The position numbers and the translations under genes are program-made. The notes beneath the pieces were generated by a model that saw only the letters and a program-made list of their open reading frames with translations, did not search any database and was not told the origin of the DNA. A stretch of 64,000 nt of DNA from Nitrosopumilaceae archaeon (GTDB lineage: Archaea; Thermoproteota; Nitrososphaeria; Nitrososphaerales; Nitrosopumilaceae): assembly GCA_965207375.1 (NCBI GenBank), contig OZ242274.1, positions 2,080,001 to 2,144,000 on the forward strand, read 5' to 3'. Numbering within the stretch: position 1 is the stretch's first letter; every line of letters begins with the position of its first letter. Shown here in pieces: positions 1 to 9,812 of the stretch.

Positions 1-45
1 GACAATCATCTCTGCCTTTGATTCATCAGGGCTTTTTTGATTCAT
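1..45 (-). CDS. 5' end of a CDS running off the window (MNQKSPDESKAEMIV...)
   Basis: ATG at 45 on the minus strand, open to the window edge; TATA-like AT tract about 20-25 bp upstream. Confidence 0.45.
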   Translation of the reverse strand, partial: MNQKSPDESKAEMIV

Positions 46-88
46 TTGTATAAGTGATTTTTTTATAATAATAAACTTTGTAAGTGTT

Positions 89-188
89 CAGCTAAGCGAA
101 ATGTGACCCAAATTCTTGCCCCCATCTCTGTCACTCTGCTTGCATTTCTGGGCAGATTTTGGCCTATTGCCTACATTTCGTTTAGCTG
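89..188. mobile_element. 100-bp MITE derived from the ISH3-family element type seen at 31126-32372
   Basis: Ends CAGCTAAGCGAAATGTG / TACATTTCGTTTAGCTG match the TIRs of that element; 5-bp direct repeat GTGTT at 84-88 and 189-193; no ORF. Confidence 0.85.
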
Positions 189-193
189 GTGTT

Positions 194-361
194 GATTCTT
201 CAGCATTAACTGTTGGTCAAAGTCAATATGCAAATTTTTTCCAGATTGCCCCTGCCTAGATTTCTGCCTGTACCAGCAGAGTAATCACACTAGCAGAACA
301 TAATCTTCTCCGAGTTGTCATTATTTCATCACATGTAACTTTGGAGTTTATTGCACGTATA
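194..361. repeat. ~170-bp direct repeat, copy 1 (copy 2 at 4433-4601)
   Basis: Both copies share long identical stretches such as CCAGATTGCCCCTGCCTAGATTTCTGCCTGTACCAGCAGAGTAATCACAC. Confidence 0.9.
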
Positions 362-963
362 ATGTAGCGTTTGATATTACTGTTCTCCACATTTGTCCGT
401 GTATAGTTATACCTGCAGCCTCTGCAGGCGTCTTGCCTCCAAGACTCGAGTGACACCGCATGAAATTATAATAAACCTCACATCCTGCAAATATTGGCGA
501 GTTTTTACTTTTAATGCCGCGTCTGGGCCGTTGTATAGAACGTAATGTTCCGTTGAACCTTTCCTGGACGTTGTTGTTGTTCTTTTTGGAAATCTCTGCA
601 TTTGATATGTGTGTACAATGTTGATGTATCACGTTTGGTGCAGCATACACTGATTCAAATGCTTGTGCATATGAGGGCAGGCCATCGCTTACAAATTCTG
701 TAGGTTTCTTTCCGGCACGAGCTGCTGCAGCTTTGAGTAGGTTTTCTGCATTGTGTCCACTTACAGTCTGCAACCTCCCATGCCAGCAAAAATCGGGCAT
801 CATAATCAGTCTCTGCAAAAAGATAATTTTGTTTACCTCTTATTGAAATGTATTCTTCATCTGCACAGAATCGATTGCCTGTATTAATTGACAGAGACAT
901 CAGATATCTATACACCATTGGTACAAATTTGATTATCCATCTGGATATCGTAGATGTACACAC
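348..963 (-). pseudogene. IS6-family (IS240-like DDE) transposase, frameshifted and 5'-truncated
   Basis: Two overlapping frames carry TISRWI, ADEEYISIRG..YLF, FVSDGLPSY, NNVQERFNGTLR, YYNF.R.H.SL.GKTPAE. Confidence 0.8.
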
Positions 964-984
964 ATGTGCGCCCTTTTGTGCTAG

Positions 985-1244
985 GGGGTAGAATCAAGAT
1001 ACGGCAAGATGAAACAATGCAGGGCCAAGACACGAATCAAGGATAAGGTATCAAGAATGCTGTGTTTTTATTATTCGCTGATGCTGTACAACGAGTGGAT
1101 AATTATCAGGGCTATTCTTTGTGACGATACACAAAGTCAGAGTATTATGACCATGCTAGTTTTCAAAATACAAATGGATATTGAGTTGATGTATTAGTCC
1201 AAGCCGCCGCAGGGGTAGGATTTGGGCCACATTTCGCTTAGCTG
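985..1244 (+). pseudogene. 3' remnant of an ISH3-family element (transposase C-terminus plus TIR)
   Basis: MKQCRAKTRIKD..SRMLCFYYSL is nearly identical to the C-terminus encoded at 31152-31751; ends in CACATTTCGCTTAGCTG at 1244. Confidence 0.85.
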
Positions 1245-1921
1245 AATAAGTACCAATATTTAAATCAAATAAAAGCTGAAAAAAGCTTGAAAGACTAAAT
1301 GAAAAATTAGCTTGTATTACACCATTTATGATGGAAAACTAGACTGGCAAGACGTATAATTTTAAAAAATAAAAAATTAGGAAATAGGTTGTAAACCTAA
1401 ATCTCGTTGTATGTCAGACCAACGTGTGTAACCACTATAATTTTCACCATCAATAGGAACAGAACCTGATATGATGCCAACTATTTTTACTTCACCATCA
1501 CTATTTGGAGGTGTAAACACTGGACCGCCACTATCGCCATTTTTAGAATTAAAAGTAGATAACGTCAAATACATTCTAAATCCTTCTTGAGTTAAAACTC
1601 TCTGAGATGTATCAAACACTTTACCTGTTAGCAAAGTATTTGATGAAAAACCAATAGCATTAACATCCTCGTTTCTAGAAACGTATTTTGAATCAGTTAC
1701 AGTGTATGTTTTGCCATTTGATTGGTATATCTCAAGAGGTTTTACAGTAGGTCTATATTCATCAAGTCCACCATAGCATAACGAATCTTGGGCAACGCTA
1801 CATTCTTTAGGATATTCTACAAATGCGGCATCAGCACGTAAATAATTACTAGATGTTCCATTATTATTAATAATAACTTCACCTAATATTTTTGTATACT
1901 GTATAGTATCACTAGTATCTA

Positions 1922-3211
1922 TAGTTAATTGAGTTAATATTAGTTATTTAATACATGTATCTTGTACTATCTATAGATCAATTCTAATACAAAGTATATC
2001 ATGTGAAAATAGTGTTACAATAATTATAATTAGTGCATACTTTACGTTTTTTTACTGCATTGATGTAATACCAATACAAGATAAATTGTTGTATGTATGG
2101 TAAACGAAAAAAGTCATGCAATGTAACAGTCGTAAAGTTTGACTATTTTGATGACACCTTGGTTGATGGCAGTTTGTAATCCTTTGGCCAAATGTTCCAC
2201 ATTTTTTAGTGGTGTACTGTGCACCCAACCCTTACAGCCTTTCCATTGCGGTTCAATGGGATTAAGTTCGGGTGTATATTTTGGCAGGGATCTAAACTGC
2301 ATCTTGCCCTTGAATTTGCGAGTCAAAGCTCTGAGTTCATGTTTTTTATGGTAAGAGGCATTATCCATAAAGATCAGTACGGGACCAAATTGTTTATAGA
2401 CCTTGAGAAGAAAATCCTTTGTGTTGTCCCAGTTTCCCGAATTGTAAAAATCAAAACAATGTTTGCCGTCTTTGCCGATAACGCCCATAATGGTGATTCT
2501 TTTGTTTCCCCACATGCCCTTGGTAGATATTGAGGGGTTTTTTTGTCTGGTCCATGTCTTTCTGGGCACGATTTTCATCTGCACGTGAGCTTCATCTTGT
2601 ACTAGTACGGTATATCCCTTATTGGTCCAATATGTAGCTGCCCTATGAGCTTTTTTTTTGAATGCCTTGCGTTTTTTAGGTGTTGCAGATTTTGGATGGC
2701 GTGGTCTAGGAACAATAGGTCTACATTTGAGTCGGCGTAGCAACTGCCATATTGATTCATCATGATAGTCTGCTTTGAATTCTTTTTTGATGTACATGTT
2801 TATCAGCCTCAATGTCCACAGGTTTGACTCGTAACCTGCTGCTTTTGGTCCATTGTCAAGTGTCTTTAGTAATTTTTCAATTTGTTTGTCATCAAGCTTA
2901 CATTCCGCTCCTTTGTTTTTTATGTCATGTCTGTGTTTTAATCCATCTTCTGAAACACGGTGAAGCCATCCTCTGATCGTATTATATGGTGTGTTTAACG
3001 TTTGAGCAATTTCTTTTAATTCCTTTTTTTCTTTTTTTGCTATACATGCAAGTAGAATCTTTTTTGCTTTGGGATCTTTTTCGTTCTTTTCCATCTTGCG
3101 CAAACGATTTTTTGATATGTTTGGAAGGAATTTTTTCTTCACACCTATAATAGTACAGTTCTCCTATTTAGATCTGTCTATAAAATTCACTAATATCAAC
3201 TCAATTTACTA
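1922..3211 (-). mobile_element. IS630-family insertion sequence, 1290 bp
   Basis: TIRs TAGTTAATTGAGTTAATATTAGT / ACTAATATCAACTCAATTTACTA (2 mismatches); flanking TA duplication at 1920-1921 and 3212-3213. Confidence 0.9.
2114..3142 (-). CDS. IS630-family transposase
   Basis: N-terminal HTH, WTL motif, QDEA / MDNASYH / LPKYTPELNPIE catalytic DDE motifs. Confidence 0.95.
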   Translation of the reverse strand: MKKKFLPNISKNRLRKMEKNEKDPKAKKILLACIAKKEKKELKEIAQTLNTPYNTIRGWLHRVSEDGLKHRHDIKNKGAECKLDDKQIEKLLKTLDNGPKAAGYESNLWTLRLINMYIKKEFKADYHDESIWQLLRRLKCRPIVPRPRHPKSATPKKRKAFKKKAHRAATYWTNKGYTVLVQDEAHVQMKIVPRKTWTRQKNPSISTKGMWGNKRITIMGVIGKDGKHCFDFYNSGNWDNTKDFLLKVYKQFGPVLIFMDNASYHKKHELRALTRKFKGKMQFRSLPKYTPELNPIEPQWKGCKGWVHSTPLKNVEHLAKGLQTAINQGVIKIVKLYDCYIA

Positions 3212-4432
3212 TACTAACTCATGAGAAATAAGTTTCCCAATTAAACCATGACCGGGAGAATGACCTGCAATGATAAAACCTTCTAATCCATCAGTAGTGT
3301 TAAGACCGCCAAGTCCAATTGAACCATGTCTCTCAACATCATCCCTACCAATGTAAGAGATGTATTGACCACCAACTTTAGGTATACAATCATCACTTAA
3401 TGAATTACATGTTGTATCACCAAAAAGTAAATTGAAAAACTGTTCAATGAAATTTTCATCAGTAGTTTCATTACCATTTGTATTTGTGCCATCAGTAGAT
3501 GTTATGGACGTTGTATCAAAACTTAGTGACCAAGATTTCAAAACACCAGTATCACTACCAGAATATGCATCTCGTACATTTAGAGACCAAGTTCCTTTAA
3601 TGTCTTTACCAATCAGTTTAGCTAGATCAGTATTTGTGGAACTGGTGTAAGTAAATGTCTGCAAGCCATCGGCGTGATTTCGTTCCCTGTTGAAAATTTT
3701 CATGACAGTTCCATCAGGAGATGTCAAAGTCATATACATTTCGTCATGGTCCTCATGATTTACTACTATACTTACACTTATGGAGTTTAACTTTGCATGA
3801 TTTGTAATAGTAATTGTGTCAGTAATAGAATTAGTACCACCGTTAGGGATTGCTCGATTAACAGTTGATGTTTGTGTAGTGGTATCATGATATATCAACC
3901 CAGGAGATATACTTACTTTGATATCTACATTTGGATACATATTGTTTAGTTGTTCTGCAACATCTTGCAATTGTTCTTTTTGTGATGGATGTAAAGATAT
4001 TGTCAAGGCATCACCATGCTTACCAAAAACAGTGATTTCTAAATCTTCTAGAAATTCAACGTGTTCAGGGTTAATATGTTCTTCAATTCCAAAATCTATC
4101 AAATTCAACTCATCATATGCTACACCAAAATCAACAGTTAATTCCTTTTCACCTGGAAATACTTGTAGCATTTCTTTTGTAATTTCAGGATCTATTTTGT
4201 ATGATTCAAGTGTTGTGATATTAAGCAATGTGTTGCCTACTGGACCTGTTGTGTCCCCTAGTGTGTGTGGGTTTTCATTATTTGTTTTATCATCCACTCC
4301 TGTTGACTCTGCATATACTAAACTTGATGGAACTAGCAGAATCAGTGCAAAGAGTGGTATGAAATATTTTGCGTTACTCATGTTCTTAGAATATCGATCT
4401 TACACTTTCATATAAAACCGATGGTTCTGGTA

Positions 4433-4601
4433 GATTCTTCAGCGTTAATTGTTGGTAAAACATCAATATGCAAATTTTCTCCAGATTGCCCCTGCCTAGA
4501 TTTCTGCCTGTACCAGCAGAGTAATCACACATTAGCAGAACACAATCTTCTGAGTTGTCATTGTTTTATCACATGTAACTTTGGAGTTTATTGTACGTAT
4601 A
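4433..4601. repeat. ~170-bp direct repeat, copy 2
   Basis: High identity to 194-361. Confidence 0.9.
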
Positions 4602-4683
4602 GCTAAAGCATTATTTTTATGCACTAATTTACATAGACAGATGCTATATGAAAAATTTTTCTTCTACGGCTACGTACTGATTA

Positions 4684-4817
4684 TGTTGGATCTGAGGGCT
4701 GAATTAACAATACCTCGTATGAAGGTGGCCAACAGACTAGCTCACAGTAAGCGGACAACAAAATACCACGTTTTTGATGAACGGTGAATGGGAGTATTCC
4801 GCAAGATCAGGTCCACA
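4684..4817 (+). ncRNA. Candidate IS110 bridge-RNA-like structured non-coding RNA
   Basis: Upstream of the IS110 gene; closing stem TGTTGGATCTGA (4684-4695) / TCAGGTCCACA (4807-4817) and nested stem AATACCTCG / TGGGAGTATT. Confidence 0.5.
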
Positions 4818-5861
4818 AATTTTGATCAAAAAGGAGGTGATGATATCATCAACATCGGTCTAGACGTTGACAAAAAACAATGTGTTGCAACCATAAAAAA
4901 TGATAAAAACAAAAAGAAATTAGAACAGATTACATTTTCAAACGACACAAAAGGCATTACAGGTTTTATCAAACACATAAAGGAAACATACAATGACACT
5001 GCAAGAGCAGTCTGTGAATCCACTGCAAACTATTGGATAAGATTACATGACAAGCTAGAAGAGGGAATAGATACAATACTTGCGCATCCTGCAAAGACGA
5101 AGATAATAACACAGGCCAAGCTAAAAGACGACAAGCTTGATTCTGAGATACTAACTGATTTATTAAAATCAGATATGATATACGAGTCTTTTGTACCTAA
5201 CAAGTACTATAGAGATCTAAGGAATCTAGTCAGAACCAGAAGCGGATGCAAACGAGACGGTGCACGACATAGAAACAAAATCCATGTAATACTTGCCAAA
5301 TATGACTATCCGTGCCCAACCAAGGGCGTGTTTACAAAAAAAGGAATGAAATGGTTAGAAAGTATACCAATATCAGAAATAGACCGCATGTCAATGGACA
5401 TACATCTAGAATGCATAAACACGGCCATTGCACAAGTACAAAGATTGGAACAAAAGATGGCACAAATAGCACAAGATGAGGATAGAGTAAAACTACTCAT
5501 GACGATACCAGGAATCAGATACATTACAGCATTTACAATAATTTCTGATCTTGTAGATATTACAAGATATTCTACTGCAGAAAAGTTTGCAGCAGGTGGT
5601 GGCGTAATACCATCACACCGTAACAGTGCATCCACATACAAAGGAGGAGGAATAACAAAGGAAGGATCAGTATGGATGAGAAATGCTATAGTTGAGGCAG
5701 CTACAATAACCATACAGTATGATCCCAGAATGCAAAGAATCTACGAGAGAGTAAAAAAGAGACGAGGTGCACAAAAGGCAAAGGTTGCAGTAGCACTACA
5801 CATGCTGGAGATAATTTGGTACATGCTGACTAAACGAAGAATACAGAACACAGAATTGTGA
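4788..5861 (+). CDS. IS110-family recombinase/transposase (true start probably near 4845-4848; possible frameshift near 5832 with alternative stop at 5913)
   Basis: DEDD domain (IGLDVDK, VCEST, KDDKLDS) plus C-terminal Tnp domain (LLMTIPGI, SAS...GGITKEG...RNA, KAKVAVA). Confidence 0.9.
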   Translation: MGVFRKIRSTNFDQKGGDDIINIGLDVDKKQCVATIKNDKNKKKLEQITFSNDTKGITGFIKHIKETYNDTARAVCESTANYWIRLHDKLEEGIDTILAHPAKTKIITQAKLKDDKLDSEILTDLLKSDMIYESFVPNKYYRDLRNLVRTRSGCKRDGARHRNKIHVILAKYDYPCPTKGVFTKKGMKWLESIPISEIDRMSMDIHLECINTAIAQVQRLEQKMAQIAQDEDRVKLLMTIPGIRYITAFTIISDLVDITRYSTAEKFAAGGGVIPSHRNSASTYKGGGITKEGSVWMRNAIVEAATITIQYDPRMQRIYERVKKRRGAQKAKVAVALHMLEIIWYMLTKRRIQNTEL

Positions 5862-6140
5862 GCTGACACAGAGAAAACATAAAAAACTAGACTACCTAGC
5901 AAAGATGTTCTGATCTGCAAATGCACGCTGTATAGGATCCGGCACGTAGTCAAGGGATTTTTCATATGGGAGATAACGCTGAAGAATCTAGATCTAAAAA
6001 TAACCAACAGGCATAAACTTTGATACAGTTTAGTGGCAATACAAACTAGTATTATTGAAATTTCACATAAATAAAATATGTACAATACAACAATTCAGTG
6101 AACCATAGAGATTTTTATTTCACATAAAAATACAATAATT

Positions 6141-6395
6141 ATGATCGAATCAGAAAATGCAATAAATGTAATCAAGGTGCTAATCAAGAATCTTGAAGGA
6201 GTAACTAAAAGTCCCAAAAATTTTCAAAAACTGCCAGACAGCTTTTGGGGATATTATGCAAGAGGGCATGATACAAATGGAAAATTTGGAATCATTGTAA
6301 CTTATTCAGAAGATCAGACAGATGTTGATGATTTGATGAAAATGTACGAAGCGTGGCTGCAAAAAAACAAATCAGAGTCCAGTAATTTTGAATAA
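6141..6395 (+). CDS. Hypothetical protein
   Basis: Clean 84-aa ORF with plausible composition and an upstream TATA-like element. Confidence 0.65.
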   Translation: MIESENAINVIKVLIKNLEGVTKSPKNFQKLPDSFWGYYARGHDTNGKFGIIVTYSEDQTDVDDLMKMYEAWLQKNKSESSNFE

Positions 6396-6757
6396 AATTT
6401 AAATTTTAAAAAACAGAAAATCATCAGGCATGCATGAAACGGCAGAACATGTGTTCAGATAAAAAACATAATCATGCAATAGATGCCATTACATGTAAAG
6501 TAGTAAACCAAGAAATTGTAAAATAGACGACATCAGGTATTGATTGTGTCGTTTGCGAGATGTATTTACAAAATGATGCCATGTGGAACTTTGTTTAATC
6601 TGAAATGTGTAATCTGTGTCTGATTTTGCCCCTGTACCTAGCCCTACTGATTTTGTGTAAGAACTTTTGCGCGCCACCATATTGTAAAAATACAGACTGT
6701 TACAATGCACAATCTGTGCCATATTTTTTAATTATTTATCAGCACAATTGAAAAAAA

Positions 6758-7774
6758 TCAGCACAGTTTTGCAATTATCTCATTGGTAAATTCTACAGTG
6801 GTTTTATCACCGCCAATGTCTTTTGTTCTTGTACCACACTTTACTACATCATATACCGTTGTTTCCAACCTTTTTGCAATCTCAAAACATTTAGAGTCAT
6901 TATTTTTTGCTCCAAGCCAATCCAACATAAGTTTAGTTGAAAGAATAAATGAACAAGGATTAGCTATATTCTTTCCGGCAATGTCAAAGGCTGCCCCATG
7001 AACCGGTTCAAAAAGTGCAAAGCTGTCTCCGATGTTGGCAGCAGGAGCCATACCTAATCCTCCAACTACCTGAGAAGACTCGTCAGATAAAATGTCGCCA
7101 AATAAATTAGTTGTAACTATAACATCGAATTTTTCTGGTTGGCGGATTAAATTCATAGCACATGCATCTACATACATTTGCTCAAATTCAACATCAGGAT
7201 AATTTTCTGCAATATCAGCACATGATTTTGCAAACAAGCCATCAGATATTCTCATGACATTGGATTTGTGAACGCATGTGACCTTTTTGTGATTATTTCT
7301 TTGTACGGCAATTTCAAAGGCATACTTGGCAATGCGTTTTGATGCACGTTCAGAGATGATTCGCAATGCAACAGCAGAATCACCAAGAGAAAACTCTTTG
7401 CCGATGTAAAGATCTTCGGTATTTTCACGTACAATTACCATGTCAATATCATCACGTAATGCAGGCATCGATGGGTAAGATTTTGCAGGGCGTATGTTGG
7501 CGTAAAGATCAAGTGTGCGGCGCAATGCAACAATAACATCTGCTGCACTTTCTCCAACAGGGGCCTTTAAACACGCATCAGAGTTCCTGATTGCAGCAAC
7601 GGTCTCATCAGGTAACGCCTTTCCGATATTTTGCAGGGCCATATCACCTGCAGACAGTTTTGCAATATCAAACTTCAAATCAAGCTTGTCATGTATTGTT
7701 TCAAGAACACTAGATACTGCACATGACAATTCAGGTCCTATGCCGTCACCTGTAATAAGAGACACTCGGTACAT
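6758..7774 (-). CDS. leuB: 3-isopropylmalate dehydrogenase (isocitrate/isopropylmalate DH family)
   Basis: GDGIGPE, LYANIRP, RENTEDLY, VHKSN, NLFGDILSD, FEPVHGAA; follows leuA. Confidence 0.85.
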   Translation of the reverse strand: MYRVSLITGDGIGPELSCAVSSVLETIHDKLDLKFDIAKLSAGDMALQNIGKALPDETVAAIRNSDACLKAPVGESAADVIVALRRTLDLYANIRPAKSYPSMPALRDDIDMVIVRENTEDLYIGKEFSLGDSAVALRIISERASKRIAKYAFEIAVQRNNHKKVTCVHKSNVMRISDGLFAKSCADIAENYPDVEFEQMYVDACAMNLIRQPEKFDVIVTTNLFGDILSDESSQVVGGLGMAPAANIGDSFALFEPVHGAAFDIAGKNIANPCSFILSTKLMLDWLGAKNNDSKCFEIAKRLETTVYDVVKCGTRTKDIGGDKTTVEFTNEIIAKLC

Positions 7775-7833
7775 GTGACACAATAAAGATGGGCAATTTT
7801 AAATCAATTGGAGTAAATATCTAGTGTGGTAAC

Positions 7834-9324
7834 CTAACGTTTTTTGAGCATGATACGGTTAATTCCATCAATTACTGCCTCAACACTGGTAGTAACTATA
7901 TCCTCACCTACTGCCTTGGCAGATACCTTATTTCGGGCAGCATCTTCTACTTTTATGGTAACTTCACATAATGCACTAGAACCTCCTGAAATTGATGCTA
8001 GGCCGTAATCTTTTATTTTAACCTCAGATATCTGGCCTGTGATTTTTTGGATTGCATTGAGTGCAGCATCAACTGGCCCCACACCATGATCAGTTGCGGT
8101 AAAATCCTTGCCATCTATGTTGAGCTTGACAAATGCATACGGCATAGTTCCAATTCCTGTAGATACTGAAAATCCAACTAGCCGCACGAGTTTGATTCCC
8201 TTGTCTCCCAAAATTTCATTGGTAATTGAAAGAAGTTCCACATCAGTAACCTGTTTTCCCTTATCACCCAAGGTTTTTACTTTATCAAGAATCTGATTTG
8301 ACTGCTCCTTGGTAGGAATTATACCATACTCTTGTAACATTGCATTCATACCGTGTAGACCTGCATGCTTGCCTACCTGTAACCATCGTTTTCTGCCTAC
8401 TAGTTCAGGACTGATTGGCTCATATGTCAGCGGATTGCTAAGAACCCCGTGTGTGTGAATGCCTGATTCATGACCAAACGCATTGTCACCTACTATGGCC
8501 TTGTTTGGCTGTACAGATATTCCAACAAGTTTTGAAACAAAGCGTGATGTTTCGTATAATAATTTGGTATTGATACTAGTTTCCCATTTTTGTTCAAATT
8601 GCAGACATTGCAGTCCCATAACAAACTCCTCCAATGACGCATTTCCTGCCCTCTCCCCAATTCCATTAATTGTTACATGCGCACACGTAGCACCTGCTTG
8701 AATTCCAGAAACTGCATTGGCAACTGCCAATCCAAAGTCGTTATGGCAATGTACACTGACTGGAAGTTTGGTGGCCTCGACTGTATCTTTTGTGATTTTA
8801 GCAATATAGTCAGGCGTAGAATAGCCAACCGTATCTGGAATATCAACCCTGTCAGCACCTGCCTTTGCCACCTCGCCAAATACCTTTTTCAAAAACCCCC
8901 TGTCGGTTCTTGTTGCATCCTCTGCAGAAAACTCGACCTGCAAACCATGAGATTTTCCATACTCTACTGCCTGGACTGCCTTTGAGAGGCACTCATCACG
9001 GCTCATGTGCAGTTTGTGCTCTAGATGGATATCAGAGGTTGCAATAAAGGTGTGAATATAATCTAGTCCTGCATCAATTGCAGCATCAATGTCTTTTTTG
9101 TTGGCCCTTGCAAGACCGCAAATTTCTGTATCAAGTCCCTGAGCAGTAATCATTTTGACTGCATGTAATTCGCCCTCAGATATGACTGGAAAGCCTGCCT
9201 CGATGGCATCGACTCCTAACTCATCTAATTTTTTTGCAATGTCTAGTTTTTTCTCAGGAGACAAAGATACGCCCGGAGTTTGTTCTCCATCCCGCAGTGT
9301 TGTATCAAAGATGCGAACGTTCAT
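7834..9324 (-). CDS. leuA: 2-isopropylmalate synthase (LeuA/CimA family)
   Basis: DTTLRDGEQ, HCHNDFG, GIGERAGN, HESGIH; C-terminal regulatory domain with GPVDA. Confidence 0.85.
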   Translation of the reverse strand: MNVRIFDTTLRDGEQTPGVSLSPEKKLDIAKKLDELGVDAIEAGFPVISEGELHAVKMITAQGLDTEICGLARANKKDIDAAIDAGLDYIHTFIATSDIHLEHKLHMSRDECLSKAVQAVEYGKSHGLQVEFSAEDATRTDRGFLKKVFGEVAKAGADRVDIPDTVGYSTPDYIAKITKDTVEATKLPVSVHCHNDFGLAVANAVSGIQAGATCAHVTINGIGERAGNASLEEFVMGLQCLQFEQKWETSINTKLLYETSRFVSKLVGISVQPNKAIVGDNAFGHESGIHTHGVLSNPLTYEPISPELVGRKRWLQVGKHAGLHGMNAMLQEYGIIPTKEQSNQILDKVKTLGDKGKQVTDVELLSITNEILGDKGIKLVRLVGFSVSTGIGTMPYAFVKLNIDGKDFTATDHGVGPVDAALNAIQKITGQISEVKIKDYGLASISGGSSALCEVTIKVEDAARNKVSAKAVGEDIVTTSVEAVIDGINRIMLKKR

Positions 9325-9803
9325 GCCCCGCTCCTCTGTAAAGCAGCAACTCCAGTCCTAGAGGTATCTAAAATTCCAAACTGCTTTGCTAGTTCCTCAA
9401 ATGCCTGGATTTGTTCTGGAGTAGAAGTTAATTCAACCATTATAGAGTCTTTTCTTATATCATGAACCTTGGCACCGTAGGCGTTTGCAAGTTTGTTAAT
9501 TTCCATACTGTCTTGTGGGGAATTTACTTTGACTTTAAAGAGTACTAGTTCTCGATACACGGTTTTATGCTCATCTAAATGACGTACCTCTACGGTATCA
9601 ATCATCTTGTCAAGTTGTTTTACAATTTGTTGTATTTGTTTTTGATCACCCAAGGTGGTAATAGTCATTCTGGAAAACTCTGGATTCTGAGTCACACCCA
9701 CAGAGATGCTGTCAATGTTAAAATTTCTAGAACGAAACAGGTGAGTTACCTGAAATAAGATGCCTGGTTTGTTTTCAACTAGTAATGAAAGTATGGCCCA
9801 CAT
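9321..9803 (-). CDS. ilvH: Acetolactate synthase small (regulatory) subunit
   Basis: ACT domain: LVENKPG, FNIDSISV, SRMTI, SRTG. Confidence 0.95.
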   Translation of the reverse strand: MWAILSLLVENKPGILFQVTHLFRSRNFNIDSISVGVTQNPEFSRMTITTLGDQKQIQQIVKQLDKMIDTVEVRHLDEHKTVYRELVLFKVKVNSPQDSMEINKLANAYGAKVHDIRKDSIMVELTSTPEQIQAFEELAKQFGILDTSRTGVAALQRSGA

Positions 9804-9812
9804 ATCAAATCA

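Larger units (their letters stand above)
1377..4381 (-). pseudogene. Secreted protease (signal peptide, proprotein-convertase P-domain, chymotrypsin-like S1 domain) interrupted by IS630
   Basis: 5' part has the P-domain (LTSPDGT..., GTWSLNVRD...DTGVLKSWSLSF) and FIIAGH; the part below the IS has ADAAFV and GDSGGPV; removing the IS and one TA restores a 570-codon ORF. Confidence 0.85.

Noticed and set aside
6489-6722. 77-aa ORF downstream of leuB
   Set aside because: No recognisable motif; cannot be distinguished from a chance ORF or gene remnant
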